DNA of 64,000 nucleotides from Salpingoeca rosetta (Eukaryota > Protista > Choanoflagellata), in assembly GCA_033442325.1 (NCBI GenBank), contig JAWQFM010000010.1, positions 1,734,187-1,798,186 on the forward strand. Reading direction: 5' to 3'. Under the pieces are notes generated by a model. The model searched no databases, had not been told where the DNA came from, and saw nothing but the letters and a program-made list of their open reading frames with translations. The position numbers and the translations under genes were made by a program. Below are positions 1 through 22,833 of this stretch, one piece after another (positions within the stretch are counted from its first letter, which is position 1; each line of letters starts with the position of its first letter).

Positions 1-229
1 CCCCCCAAGGAGAACATCCGTTTTCAACAAATGCTCATTGTGCGATTCCGCCAATTGAATGTGTACTGTGATTGCATGTTCAATATTTACATGCATCAGG
101 CGAAGGGTTTTCAGCGCAATTTCGAAGGGCGTGCAGGAAATTCTGTCTACGGAGCATCACCCCCGCGATTGACCGCCTCGAACAGGCCCACGTCCTCGAG
201 AGATAACGCACTTAGTCGGTGTGGACATG

Positions 230-308
<79 letters not shown>

Positions 309-413
309 TGTTGCGTTGTGCTTGTTGTGTTGTGCGTTTGATGCATACGCTTACAAAACACCGCTGTTCTCCCCCTTTCCCCTTTCTTCTCCAAACGGTC
401 ATCACCACTTCAG

Positions 414-3220
<2,807 letters not shown>

Positions 3221-3558
3221 AGATGCGATGCTTCTTGTAGTCTGCAAGCAAGAGTTATGTTTTGTTGTTGCTGCTGCTTTGTTTTTGTTTTTCCTCGTTT
3301 TCTCGCTTGTTCCTTTTCATCCCCTCCTTCCTTCCTTCCTTTTCTTTCTCTCTTGCCTGTTATTGTGCAGACAACCCGCCATGTTTGTGTCTGTGCGCGT
3401 GCGTTTGTGCGTGAGCGTGATTGTTGTCCACGTTGACCGCCATGCCAGGCAAGAAGCAAACATGCACCCGAAAGCAAGCCCTGACAGTCATACTGCAGTG
3501 CATCGAGACCACCACAATCGTCATCCACGCAAGTCGTGTGGTGGAGTTCGTTGGGTGA

Positions 3559-3589
<31 letters not shown>

Positions 3590-5319
3590 GACTTGCGTCA
3601 AGCACAGCCTCGCATCCAATAAACTTGGCGACAGGCAGCAAGTTGCATAAAGGGGGAAGCGCGACATTCGCGCGCCCGTGCGGAATCGTTGAAGACTTCA
3701 ATGAAATTTCAGCATTGTATTGCTCACGCAAGCAAAGTCTTCATTGTGCCCCTCTGCATTTCGTTGTCTTGTTGTTTTGTCTGTGTGCGTGCCAGCAACA
3801 CACAAGAGCAACACCAACACACAGCCAAGCCGAGCGAAGCAAGGCAGAGCGACACTTTGGCTGAAAGACACACGCAAACCTTTGTTGTTGTGTGTGTCTG
3901 CTGCTCTCACTCCCACACACCCTCCTTTCTCCATCTCCCTGTTGTGTTCTTTGTAGCAAGAAGCACGCCAGCCAGTCAGTCACCTTTGCTTTGCTTGTTG
4001 CTGCGTTCATTCGTTCGTGGAGTTGCTTCACGCTTGTTTACACTTGCGTTTGCTTCACCAGCTCCCTCCTTTTCTCCCTTTGCTCCCTCATTCTCCCCTT
4101 CTTCTCTCCTTCTTCTTGCTTCTTCTCTTCTTCTTCTTCTCCTTGGCTTTCGTTGCACGCGTGCAAAGCTTGCGTCGGCGGTCGGTGTTTCTTGCCCCCG
4201 CCTTGCATCTTGCTTGTTCCCCTCAAGTGGTTGCATGTGTGTGCATGTGCGAGTGTGTCAACCCGGACACATCCCCACCCCCGCTTTGTTACGTTACTCC
4301 TCCTCCATACACACCCCACCCACATACGCAACCGCCGCGCTTGCATGGGCGCGCACGACACAGGCCTCTCGACTTTCTGCTGTGTCGTTTGCCGTTTGTC
4401 TCATCATTCACCTCGCAACGCCGCCACGGGCACGCCGCTACAACTGCTGTTGCTGCCTCTACTGCTGCCTGGTAAGTGTGATGATGGCCACCCACCCGTC
4501 GTCCACCCATCCATGTTTGGCTTTTGGCCTGTGATGGGCCGAACTTTCGTGAGCCAGCAACACGCATGCTGCGCACCACCACCACCATGTGCCCCAAAGC
4601 CCCCCCCCCCAGCAATCACATCAACACATCCAATGAATGCATGCCATCAATCTTGCTTGCTTGCCTGCTTGCTTGCTGGGCCATCACACACATACACCGC
4701 ACAACACACTGCACGAACACACACAACATGCACGCACGTACACCTGCTTGCCATCCCACCCCAACATCACACGCACACACAAGCAAGCATGACTGCGCAT
4801 GTGTCATCACTCCATTTACATTTCCGTTGCTGTGTCTGCCTTTTCGCTGTGTCGTTCCTTCCTTCCACAAACACACACACCACGAGTGTGCGACAAGCCA
4901 CTTTCGACAACCCACACACACTCACACTCTCCCACACACAGACACACACACACACTCTCTCTCTCTTTTTCTCCATTCCCTTACCCACCTCATCCACACC
5001 TTCCATACTTCCACCGACAAACTTTCCATTCACTCACACTGCTTCCCCTTTGTCGTACACTGCCATACCACCTCAGACCACACTCCACCGCCCGCAGCGG
5101 CTCTGGACGTGAATCAAATCAAAACACGACATCAAGCAACACACCCACCTTCCACCAGCACGGAACACAGCAAGCCAGTTACCAACCCACCAAGAGCAAC
5201 CAATCAGCCAACCCACGAAGCAACCGACCCATTCAGCCAACCCACGAAGGCTGGCCAGCACCACTTCCACTTCCACTCACACACGCCACCACCCCCCCCC
5301 TCCCAACATCAGCCACACC

Positions 5320-8205
5320 ATGCCACCAAAGTCTCCGCTGTCGCCGACGTCCCGCGCCAGCTCCATCAGCCAATATCTGGGCGAGGATGTCGGTGAGCGG
5401 CGCCGAATCATCCAACCAGACCACCTCAGCTTCACCCACTGCCTGGGCTCGGGCACCTTTGGCGAGGTGTTTCTGGCCGGGTGGAAGAACCGGTTGGTCG
5501 CTGCCAAGAGCATCTTCGACGATGAGCTGTTCCGCGAGGAGGCGGAGCTGCTCAGCGTCCTCTCCCACCGCAACATCATCCGCTACTACGGCGAGGTGCT
5601 CCAGTGCGACGCCGTCACCACCGTCACGGACGAGGTGTTCAACCTCAGGGGCCGCCACCTCCTCGTCACAGAGTACATGCCCGGCGGCACGCTGCACAAC
5701 CGCATCTACAGCGACGAGGCATACAAGCTCCACGACATGATCTCCTGGATGCTTGACATTGTCAGCGCCCTCGCCTACCTGCACTTTGACGGGCCCGCCT
5801 GTATCCTCCACCTCGACCTCAAGCCCCTCAACGTGCTGCTCACCCGCGGCGGCGTGTGCAAGCTGGCCGACCTCGGTGCCGCCATGCCCGCCATCAGCAA
5901 GAGCAAAGGCACCATCGAGCAGAAGAACAGCTCAGACAACCTCTCGCAGAAGGTGTGCGGCACCCCGCGCTACATGGCGCCCGAGGTCATTCGCGGCTCC
6001 CACTCCCTCACAGACCGCGCAGACATCTGGTCCTTTGGCGTCCTCTGCGCCGAGCTTGTTGCCCGCCAAACGCCCTTTCCCGAGCTCAGCAACAACTTCA
6101 CCATCTCCTTCCTCGTCGGCACCAGCTTCAAGCACCCCGACCTGCCCCCGACCATGACACCAACCCTGCGCTCGCTGCTCCTGCAGACGTGGCTGCCGCA
6201 GCCGCAGGACCGCCCCTCTGCACACCACATCCGGCACGAGCTCGAGACGTACCTGTGCAAAGTCGTCGCTCGCCATGAGGAGGATGTCACCATCAGCACC
6301 TCCGCCAGCAGGGGCGCGTCTGTGTCCGGGTCAGGGTCCAACGGTAGCGCCCGCGACTCCCGCACGCCAGATGGTGTGCGCGGTGGCAGCCTGGGGGAGC
6401 ACCTGTTCTCCGATGACGATGACGAAGAGGACCTGTCCAGCGGCCTTTCCTTCAACATTGGCCAGCACACGCAGCTCAACCGCCCACAACAACACCACCA
6501 CCACCACCACCACCACCACCACCACCACCACCTCCCACAGCGTGGCGACGTGGCTGCTGCACACAAACACCACCACAAACACCGCTACAGGCTGCGGCGG
6601 CAGCAGGCGCAGCACAGCGCCGGCGGTGAAGAGGAGGAGCACGTGGACAACGGATATGAGGAGGACACGGAGGACGGTGATGAGGAATTGAGAGATGAAT
6701 ACGACCCGGGCGTGCTTGCGCCGTCGCACGAAACAGCAGCAGCACAGCGCAGGAAGCCGCGTGGCAGCAGCGAAGGGGCCGAACAAGAAGAAGAAGAAGA
6801 AGAAGAAGAAGAAGAAGAAGAAGAAGAAGAAGAAGAAGAAGAAGAAGAAGAAGAAGAAGAAATCGTCAATGATGGCTGTATTGGTGTTGGTGTTGGTGTC
6901 AGTGTTGGTGACGATGGTGACGATGATGACGGCATTGATGGGAGCGGTCGTGCGACCACGGCCACCAGCATCAGCAGTCGAGGCGGCAGTAAGCGAACAT
7001 CCAGGGGCGGAAGTGCAAGCGGCGTGGAGGAGGACCGTGTGGGCAAGGCAAGTGAGAAACAGAGTGGAGACAGTGGTGAAGCCGCGCTGATTGCGTCTGA
7101 GGAATGGGATTCGTATCGCACAACGCCACCACCACCACAGCCGCGCTACCGCCGCCGCCAATACCGCCATCGTCTCGGCGACATTGCTGGCCACCGACCC
7201 TTTGCCCTCAACAACAACAAACACAGCAACCACATCCCGCACCCGCAGCCGTCACACGGCCACGAGCACCACCGCCACTTCGATGTGCAGGAGCTCCGCC
7301 AGCCGCTGCATTCGATTGGATCGCAATCAAGCGACCGCAGCAGCAGCATTGCAGATGGGGGCAGCGTTGGGCTGGAGCTTCCTCTTGGGAGGACAGGCAC
7401 GCTGCTGCCATCGCCGCTGGAAGACGACGACAACAAGCAAGTGAACAGCACCACTGCGCACGTTAGCCATGGAGATGGTGGAGTCGGTGTCGGTGATCCT
7501 GATCGTAATGGCGACGCAGACCCAGCGGCAGCAGCAGCTGATGATCATCGTGACAATGAAGAGGAGGAGGAGGAAGAAGAGGAAGAAGAGGAAGGGCTGA
7601 ATGTGCATCTCCTGACCAGCCAGGGTTCCTCTGGCTCTGTGTTTGAGCCTTACGACCACGAGAGCACCCATCCACTGCCGCACCCCTATGTTGAGTTTGG
7701 CAGCCCGCGCACGTCGCGTCGGCAGTCGATGGAGCACCTCCCCTTTCTCTCCCTAGCGTCCCCAACACCGCCGTCCCCGCCGCCGCCGCCGCCACCACCA
7801 GCAGCAGCGGAGGACCCGCACCGCACGGGCGCGGATGGAGACGAGGAGGACGATGCGACAGACGCGTCGCCGCTGTGCGTGACCACCAGGACGGTATCGC
7901 CACCCCACACGCCGCAGCCGTCGTCGTCACCGTCGCCATCAGCACCATCACGCATGGCGCAGGAGGCAGCGTCGCTACATGCCCTCGCCGCGCGGCTGAA
8001 ACTGTGGGAGCAGCGGCTGACGCAGCGAGAGCAGGAGCTGACGGTGAGGGAGGCAGCGCTGATGAGTAAAGAGGAGCAGGGCCTGCGCCCGAAGCGATTG
8101 AGTCGTGTGTTCAGCAGTGGCGACCTGTCGCTGTCAACATCGCACGGCTACTCGCCAACAACAACCACCAATGGCGGTGGCGGCGGTGGCAGCTGGAGGC
8201 AATAG
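5320..8205 (+). CDS. Intronless TKL-group Ser/Thr kinase, ZAK/MLK-like, with a long acidic/His/Pro low-complexity tail
   Basis: 961-aa ORF with GSGTFG, VAAK, EAELLSVLSHRNIIRYYG (close to ZAK EAEILSVLSHRNIIQFYG), HLDLKPLN, DLG, GTPRYMAPE and DIWSFG. C-terminal RLKLWEQRLTQREQEL resembles the ZAK leucine zipper. The kinase call is firm; the subfamily is less so. Confidence 0.88.
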   Translation: MPPKSPLSPTSRASSISQYLGEDVGERRRIIQPDHLSFTHCLGSGTFGEVFLAGWKNRLVAAKSIFDDELFREEAELLSVLSHRNIIRYYGEVLQCDAVTTVTDEVFNLRGRHLLVTEYMPGGTLHNRIYSDEAYKLHDMISWMLDIVSALAYLHFDGPACILHLDLKPLNVLLTRGGVCKLADLGAAMPAISKSKGTIEQKNSSDNLSQKVCGTPRYMAPEVIRGSHSLTDRADIWSFGVLCAELVARQTPFPELSNNFTISFLVGTSFKHPDLPPTMTPTLRSLLLQTWLPQPQDRPSAHHIRHELETYLCKVVARHEEDVTISTSASRGASVSGSGSNGSARDSRTPDGVRGGSLGEHLFSDDDDEEDLSSGLSFNIGQHTQLNRPQQHHHHHHHHHHHHHLPQRGDVAAAHKHHHKHRYRLRRQQAQHSAGGEEEEHVDNGYEEDTEDGDEELRDEYDPGVLAPSHETAAAQRRKPRGSSEGAEQEEEEEEEEEEEEEEEEEEEEEEEEEIVNDGCIGVGVGVSVGDDGDDDDGIDGSGRATTATSISSRGGSKRTSRGGSASGVEEDRVGKASEKQSGDSGEAALIASEEWDSYRTTPPPPQPRYRRRQYRHRLGDIAGHRPFALNNNKHSNHIPHPQPSHGHEHHRHFDVQELRQPLHSIGSQSSDRSSSIADGGSVGLELPLGRTGTLLPSPLEDDDNKQVNSTTAHVSHGDGGVGVGDPDRNGDADPAAAAADDHRDNEEEEEEEEEEEEGLNVHLLTSQGSSGSVFEPYDHESTHPLPHPYVEFGSPRTSRRQSMEHLPFLSLASPTPPSPPPPPPPPAAAEDPHRTGADGDEEDDATDASPLCVTTRTVSPPHTPQPSSSPSPSAPSRMAQEAASLHALAARLKLWEQRLTQREQELTVREAALMSKEEQGLRPKRLSRVFSSGDLSLSTSHGYSPTTTTNGGGGGGSWRQ
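6787..6861 (+). repeat. (GAA)25 coding microsatellite, poly-Glu
   Basis: Perfect GAA run inside the kinase ORF. Confidence 0.95.
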
Positions 8206-8793
8206 ATGACACGAATTGATGGCCACAGCTCATGCAGCCCTGCTTTTGCTGGGGCTAGTGTTTGTCCTTTGCACATTGTGTGCTGATAGTGCGCATATCA
8301 TTCATTCGTGACAACTCCGTGTGACGACATTACTCCCCCTTGTACATGAAGCGGTTTCACTTTCCTTTCCAGTGTGATATTCTCGTGTTACAACCTGACA
8401 TGACAACTCTGTCTTGTTTCGTTTCGTTTCTGTTCACATCAAACCACTGTTGCGTGTTCACGACTGGTGTGGTTGGTGCGTGACAGTGTTGTTACCGCCA
8501 ATGTGGTTGTAGGATTACCTCTGTATCAGATGTTATACTGCTGCTGCTAATGATGATGATGGTGGTGATGGTGATGTTGTTCTATTGCCATGTTAATCAA
8601 AGCGGGTGCTTGCGTTGCTCATTTGAACGAGCCAGTGTTTGACATGAGTTGACCTCCCTCAAAGAATAACCGATCATGACCAATTCAACATAGCCACAAG
8701 CAGAGAGAGGGAGAGTGTGTCTGTGTCTGTATGTCTGGGTGTTTGTGTGCGTTTGTGTGTGTGTCTGTGTCTGTATGTCTGGGTGTTTGTGTG

Positions 8794-8836
<43 letters not shown>

Positions 8837-8847
8837 CATCGCGATTG

Positions 8848-16644
<7,797 letters not shown>

Positions 16645-17371
16645 CGTGCTGACTGCGGCACTCTGCAGGAACACAGGCTGCAACAAACACCAACAAGCAA
16701 GCAAGCAAGGTGGGAGGTTGGTTGTTGGGAAGGCTGAGAGTGAGTGGTTGGTTGATCCGTCGCGCTTGGCTCGCAATTCAAACAAGGGCTCGAAGTCCGT
16801 CGAAACTCGTATGAAATCATTCACGAATCGCCAACAATGACACTGCTTGGGATACAGCAGTTGCTGCCGCCACAAAGACAAGGCGACACAAACGGCAATG
16901 GGAGCCGTGTCGGTGGTGTCGGTAGCAGCAGCAGCAGCAGCAGCGGCGGCGGCGGCGGCGGCAGGAGAAAGTCTGTGGCCGCCGAGGCTGCGGCTGCGGC
17001 TGCAGCAGCAGCAAACGCTGTGACCAGGCTGCAACCGCTTTTGTCAGACCACCGCCGTGAACTTTCAGAACCATCCATCGAACGAACCTACAAGCATGTG
17101 CTGCACACGCTCAAACGGCACACCCCAGCCCATCTTCGCCAACGTGAGCCACAGCGTGTGTGTGTGTCTGCATGTGTATGTGCGTGTGTCTGCATGTGTA
17201 TGTGTGTGTGTCTGCATGTGTATGTGTGTGTCTGTGAGTGTTGTGTGTCTGCTTCTGTCTGTCTGTCTGTGTGTGCATGCGCGTGTACCATTGCTACGTT
17301 CGATACGTTGTGCGTTCGGGCTTGGTCTTGCTCGTCCTCCTTTGCTCTCACCAAGCACTTTGCAATTCACG

Positions 17372-17874
17372 ATGGCAGAGGAACTGTTTGCCTTGGGGTT
17401 TGCGGGCATTGAAATCGCCAGGTGAGTGAGCTGGAGTACAGTTGTGCCAACACCTGGTACGACTTGCTGTTGCCTTGTTGTCTTGCCCATCGCTCCTCCT
17501 CCCATAGCGATTATGCTGTTGCGTTTGCTCAAGCTGTCCTCACACTTGTTTGCGCTTGTTTGCGTGTTTGTTTTGCGTACCATGTTGCGCTTGGACTCCC
17601 GGCCATCACATTCACACACACACACACACACACAGCTTCCTGGCAGGCGCTGCCATCTCATCTGCGTTTCAACTGTTTCGGCACTACGTTCTGGTGCGTG
17701 TGCAAGCGGCGTTGCGTGTGTGTGCTGCAACCTCGTTGACCCCGTTCCTTGCTGAGACCCCACTCACGACTAAACCTCGTCTCCCCACCAACGTTGCCTC
17801 TCCTCATCTGTTTGACTCGCCTCCACTCTTTGCCAGGCACCACGACTCAGACAGGACTTTTCAGACGTCGTTGT

Positions 17875-17912
<38 letters not shown>

Positions 17913-18086
17913 GGAGGCTTGAAGCCCATGTGTGTGGCCTGGCGTGTCTCTCACGGTTCGAGTGTTTGCTTCCTATTGCGGTGCAGTGGCTGGTCGTGCT
18001 TGGATCCGGCATTGTATGTGACGCCATCGTTGCATTTAAGGACGCCCACATCAAACTGCAGGTGCTGTTTGTGTGTGTGTCTGTGT

Positions 18087-18131
<45 letters not shown>

Positions 18132-19535
18132 TGTCTGTTTCTGTTTCTGTGTCTGTGTCTGTCTGTCTGTGTGTGTGTGTGTGTCTGTGAAGAGCAATCA
18201 CACGTTGCCTCTCGCTTGTCGTTGAGTTCTCCATGCCATCTGTCCTCTGCTCAACGCATTTTCCTCCTGCCCTCATGCCCGTTGCCCTTCGCCCCACTCC
18301 ACTCTGCATCACATGCTGCTCTATTCGCTCGGTGCAGGCATATGTTGCGCGTCGCTCCATCGTTGGTGATACATCGCCAAGCGTGTATGCCATGCTCACC
18401 CCCGCCGTATCCATGTCCCCTCTCTACGCCCTCCCTTACATCGCCATGGCCACGGTCTGTCTGCACTGCACTGTACCGTACTGTATTGTGCTGTACTGTG
18501 TGTGTCTGTGTGTCTGTCCTTTGCGTATCTGTGTGTGACTACCTGTGTGTCTTGCCCTCTGTGGCGTGTTGCCTGGTTCTCTGTACGCGTATATGAACCG
18601 ATATGTGTTCCCCCTCCCTCCCCTGCTGGATTGTCGTTCTCATGCCCCTCCCCCTCCTGCCGCTACTCCTGTGCTCAGGGCACCTACGACGCCAACACCA
18701 TTCTCGACGCCCTCGCCACCGAGCCGTGAGATGATCCGTGCCATTGCTGCTGGTGTGCTGTGCCCCTCACTGTGCCCGCCGCTCTCCCACCACAACATCC
18801 CAACACTCACTTACTTACTCACTCACTCACTCACTCACTCACTCACTCACTCACTCACTCACTCACTCACTCACTCACTCACTCACGCATTTACTGACTC
18901 ACGCACTCACTGACTCACTCACTCATTCACTCATTCACTGACGCCATTTGACATCACTCATGCACCCCATTCGCGCTGCCCAGTGCGGTGCTGAACGCGG
19001 CTGTGGTCATTGGCGCAGTCGACGTGGCTCTGCGCTCCCCAACGGTGGAGAGAATTCGCTGGCCCTCGCCCAACTCTCCCCCAGATATTCTCCAGGCGCA
19101 CACGCACTTCTTCCGCCGCAGCATCCACGACCGCGCCCTCCGCGCCAACTTGGTCCTCGTCCCCTTGCACGCGGTGAGCAGCGGGGAGGGGGTTGCTTTG
19201 CCGCGCGTGCGTGTGCTCTATCTGTGTCTGTGTGTGTGTGTGTGTGTGTGTGTCTGTGTGTCTGTGTCTGTGTGTCTGTGTCTGTGTGTGTGTGTGCACG
19301 TGTGTATGTGTGTGTATGTGCACGTGTGTATGTGTGTGTAGGTGCGTGTGTGTGTGTGTCTGTGTGTGTTTGCACGTGTGTATGTGTGTGTATGTGCGTG
19401 TGTGTGTGTGTGTGTGTGTGCGTGTGTACGTGGCTGTTTTGCCTCGGACGCATTGCTGCCATCCTGTTCCACACCTCATCGATCAGCCAATGCTCTTGCT
19501 TCTGTTCTCGCTCCTGTCTTGTCACCTCAATCTCC

Positions 19536-19576
<41 letters not shown>

Positions 19577-20265
19577 GGTGCTCAGGCGTTTGCTGTGGTC
19601 CTGCGTCGATCAATCAACGACGTGTGTGGTCCTGCCATTTGCCCTGAGACGTTGCAACAGCACCGAAAGCCGTGATGATATTGCTTGGTTCTTCTTCTTC
19701 TTCTTCTGTTGTTACACGCATGCATACGCGCTTTCACGCACACAAGCGCCCACAAGCACGACTGCATTCACCACGCAAACCCTTTCTCCTCATCTCCGTT
19801 GCCTTGTGTGTGTGCAGTGTCCGCGCGTGACGCACGCCACCTTTGTTGCCGGCATCTTTGCAGCAGCAGCAGCCGTTGTCGCCGAGCACGTGGCGGTCAG
19901 ATGTTGTACCACCGCCTGTGATTTGGTCGTGTGTGTGTGCCTGTGTGTGCCTGTGTGTGCCTGTGTGTGTGTGTTGTCTGTGTTTGTCTGTGTTTGTCTG
20001 TGTTTGCTTGCTCTTGTGTGTGTGTGTGTGTTCGTGTGTTCGTGTGCTCACTGGTCTGTTTCACCTGCGCCACACGCCCTCTGCTATTCACCCGCGCTCA
20101 TGCGCTGTCTGGCTGCTTATGTGCTGTAGATTGGGGTGCTGCTGTGGGCGGCGGCGGCGGCGACGAACCGGTTCCGGCGCGTGCTCGGATTGCCGCCCCC
20201 AATGTGGCGGGAGGTGCGCCCGCGCCACGAGGGGCAACAACAACAACAACAGCAGCAGCAGCAGC

Positions 20266-20329
<64 letters not shown>

Positions 20330-20420
20330 GCAGCAGCAGCAGCAGCAAGCGACGCCTCGCAGGCGCGGTGCTGTGCGACGGGCTGGTAGACACAGACACA
20401 GACGCAACAGATCAAGTTGA
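17372..20420 (+). CDS. Hypothetical multi-exon protein with hydrophobic segments and a C-terminal polyQ/Arg-rich tail
   Basis: ATG at 17372 (MAEELFALGFAGIEIA|gtgag). GT-AG-bounded exons encode FLAGAAISSAFQLFRHYVL, AYVARRSIVGDTSPSVYAML, GTYDANTILDALATEP, AVLNAAVVIGAVDVALRSP and IGVLLWAAAA...polyQ...RRNRSS*. Some junction phases are unresolved and I recognise no family. Confidence 0.6.
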
Positions 20421-20428
20421 TGCAATGC

Positions 20429-20466
<38 letters not shown>

Positions 20467-21084
20467 TGTGTGTATGTGTGTGCGTGCGTTGTGTACGTTG
20501 TGTTTGGTTTTTGTGTGGTGTTGCTTACGTGGGCTTGTCGGGCCAGCAGAGCAAGGCAGAGCCTCGTTCATCACCATGGTAGGTACTGAATTGAACCAAT
20601 AAATGACCGCTGTTTTGTTGTTGAAAGCGGCGTGGCCAGGGCATTCGAAATCAGGAAATCAATAACGTGCGTTCCGCCGTGTGGCGGGGAGTGCATCTGA
20701 GCGTGTCTCGCGCGCTGTCCTGTCGGCTCGAGGTTGATGGAAGTAACACAGTAGCGATAGTGAGCTAGTGAGAGTGTTGTATCAAGAAAAGCTAAGATGT
20801 CAGCAGCTGCACGTTGCTGTGTGGGAGGAATCCATGGGAAGGAAAGAAAATGACAAAAAAGGCAAGAGGAACATGACGAGAGAAGCACACACACACACAC
20901 ACACACACAACACACAACATACACAACCACACACACACACACAACCACACACACCACCACCACAAAGTTCAAATTTGGCGGCACGTGAAAAAAAAAAAAA
21001 AAACACCACAAGCCGACCAGTGTGCACTTCCTTTTCGCTTCGCTTTCTTCTCGTGTGTTCAGCAGCAGCACAGCAGCAGTCAAG

Positions 21085-22374
21085 ATGAGCGTGAGTGGTG
21101 CGGCTGCGTCGTCGTTGTTGTTGTGTGCGGTGCTGAGACTGACATGGCCAGCAATGCAACGCGCGGCCCTTGCCTTGCTTCTCGTACCCCTTGCTCCCCA
21201 TGTACACATTTACCCCTAACCTGCAATCCCACACAATTGCGCTTGTTCTGTTGCTGCTGCTTGGTTTTGTCGACTCAGACACCACCCGCACGCGACGAGG
21301 AACGTCCACAAGGTACCACTGTGCGCACCTGTCGTCCGCATGCCGTCTGTTCTTCACCGTCTCATCATAATCTGGCTCGTGCGCCCATGCCTGCTCTCAC
21401 AGCCTCCCCTCACATGCGCTCGCCTCTGTTCATTGCACCCCTGACAGAAGACGGTCGCCGCAGCCGCAGCCGCAGTCGTGACATGGACGACACCAGGTAC
21501 GGCTGGACATACTCAATGTACCGACGGGCAAGCCTTGCGTTGAGAAACCATACGCACAACCCTGCTCTGCCTCGAACATGGTACCATGGTGTGATTCAAC
21601 CTCACGTGACAAATCCACTCGTTCAATACAGGGATCGCAGCCGCAGCCGCAGCCCTGCACCGCGCAGCAGGAGCCGTAGCCGTAGCCCCGCGCCACGCAG
21701 CAGAAGTCGCAGCCGCAGTCCGACGCCAAGAAGTCGCAGTCGCACACCTCCCCCTCGCAGCCGCAGCCGCAGTCGGAGCATTAGCCGCAGCCGGAGCCCC
21801 ACCTACCTCGCAGCCGCAGCCGTAGCCCGTTTATTAGAGGCGGAATCCTTTAATGCAACTGTTAAGCTGAAACGGGTGGTGTCGGCACGCTCGAGCTAGC
21901 GCGTTTTTTGCAATCCTGCAGGGCACGCGCTGCGTTAACGGGGGTGTGATCACAGGTAGTTATGCGCCGTATGTTAGTCTCACGCCATCCTAGAAATCAG
22001 AATCAGGTCCCCAAGCGCCGCAACCGCAGCCGCTCCCGTGATCGTTCGCGCAGCCGCAGCCGGTCGCCTGCGCGGCGCCGCCGATACCGCAGCAGAACCC
22101 CACCCCGGCGGCGCTATCGCGACTCGCCGCCACGCCGCCGCTTCAGCCCCGAGGGCTCCCGCTTCAGGCCCCGGCGCGCCACGCAGCGTCAGCGCGTACG
22201 TTGGCGGCACAGCCTGGCGCCAATGCCGTGCGCAACCCACCTACACCCCTGCACCACCCTTCTTCACTTACTCGATACACATCCGCCCACATGCACGCAC
22301 ACATGGTTGCTGTACCTCTCCGTGCATTCGCACGTGTGTATATGTGTGTGTATATGTGTGTGTATGTCCATGTG

Positions 22375-22406
<32 letters not shown>

Positions 22407-22797
22407 TGTGTGTGTGTGCGTGTGCGTGTGCGTGTGTTCCCCTCTCTCTGCTTGTGTCCCACCTCTCTGACGCCCTGCCCCAAAACCACCCCCTGACACT
22501 GCCCACCTTTGTTGCAGGAGAACCCGGAGCCGTCGTGTGTGCTGGGGGTGTTTGGTCTGCACGACCGCACGGACGAGCATGCACTTGAGGAGTGCTTTGG
22601 CGAATTTGGCGACCTTGATCGTGTCATCATCGTCAGGGATAGGAAGGTGAGAGTCAACATCGTGAGGTTACCTGTGACAGACGTCTGACCTCTGCAGCGC
22701 CAAGATCTTGCCTGCATAAGTGTTGGTGTGCGCGTATCTGCGTATCTGTGCAAGTGTGTGTGTGTGTGTGTGCATGTGTGTGTGTGCATGTGTGTGC

Positions 22798-22833
<36 letters not shown>

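Noticed and set aside
1-230. Atypical sequence at the window start, as a possible mobile-element end
   Set aside because: It contains fragments that read like a coiled-coil exon (AIDRLEQAHVLER) with stops and frameshifts. More likely an error-prone exon of the TAO-like gene; it cannot be resolved here.
3689-5396. Overlapping 280-400 aa ORFs upstream of the kinase
   Set aside because: Low-complexity C/A- and C/T-rich sequence open in several frames with no domain signal. Likely 5' UTR or intergenic DNA, with a possible UTR intron donor at 4472.
20580-20800. Possible snoRNA or snRNA upstream of tra2 (short hairpins, CTGA, TGAGCGTG)
   Set aside because: The box motifs are incomplete and their spacing does not fit U3 or a C/D snoRNA. 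An Infernal/Rfam scan would be needed.
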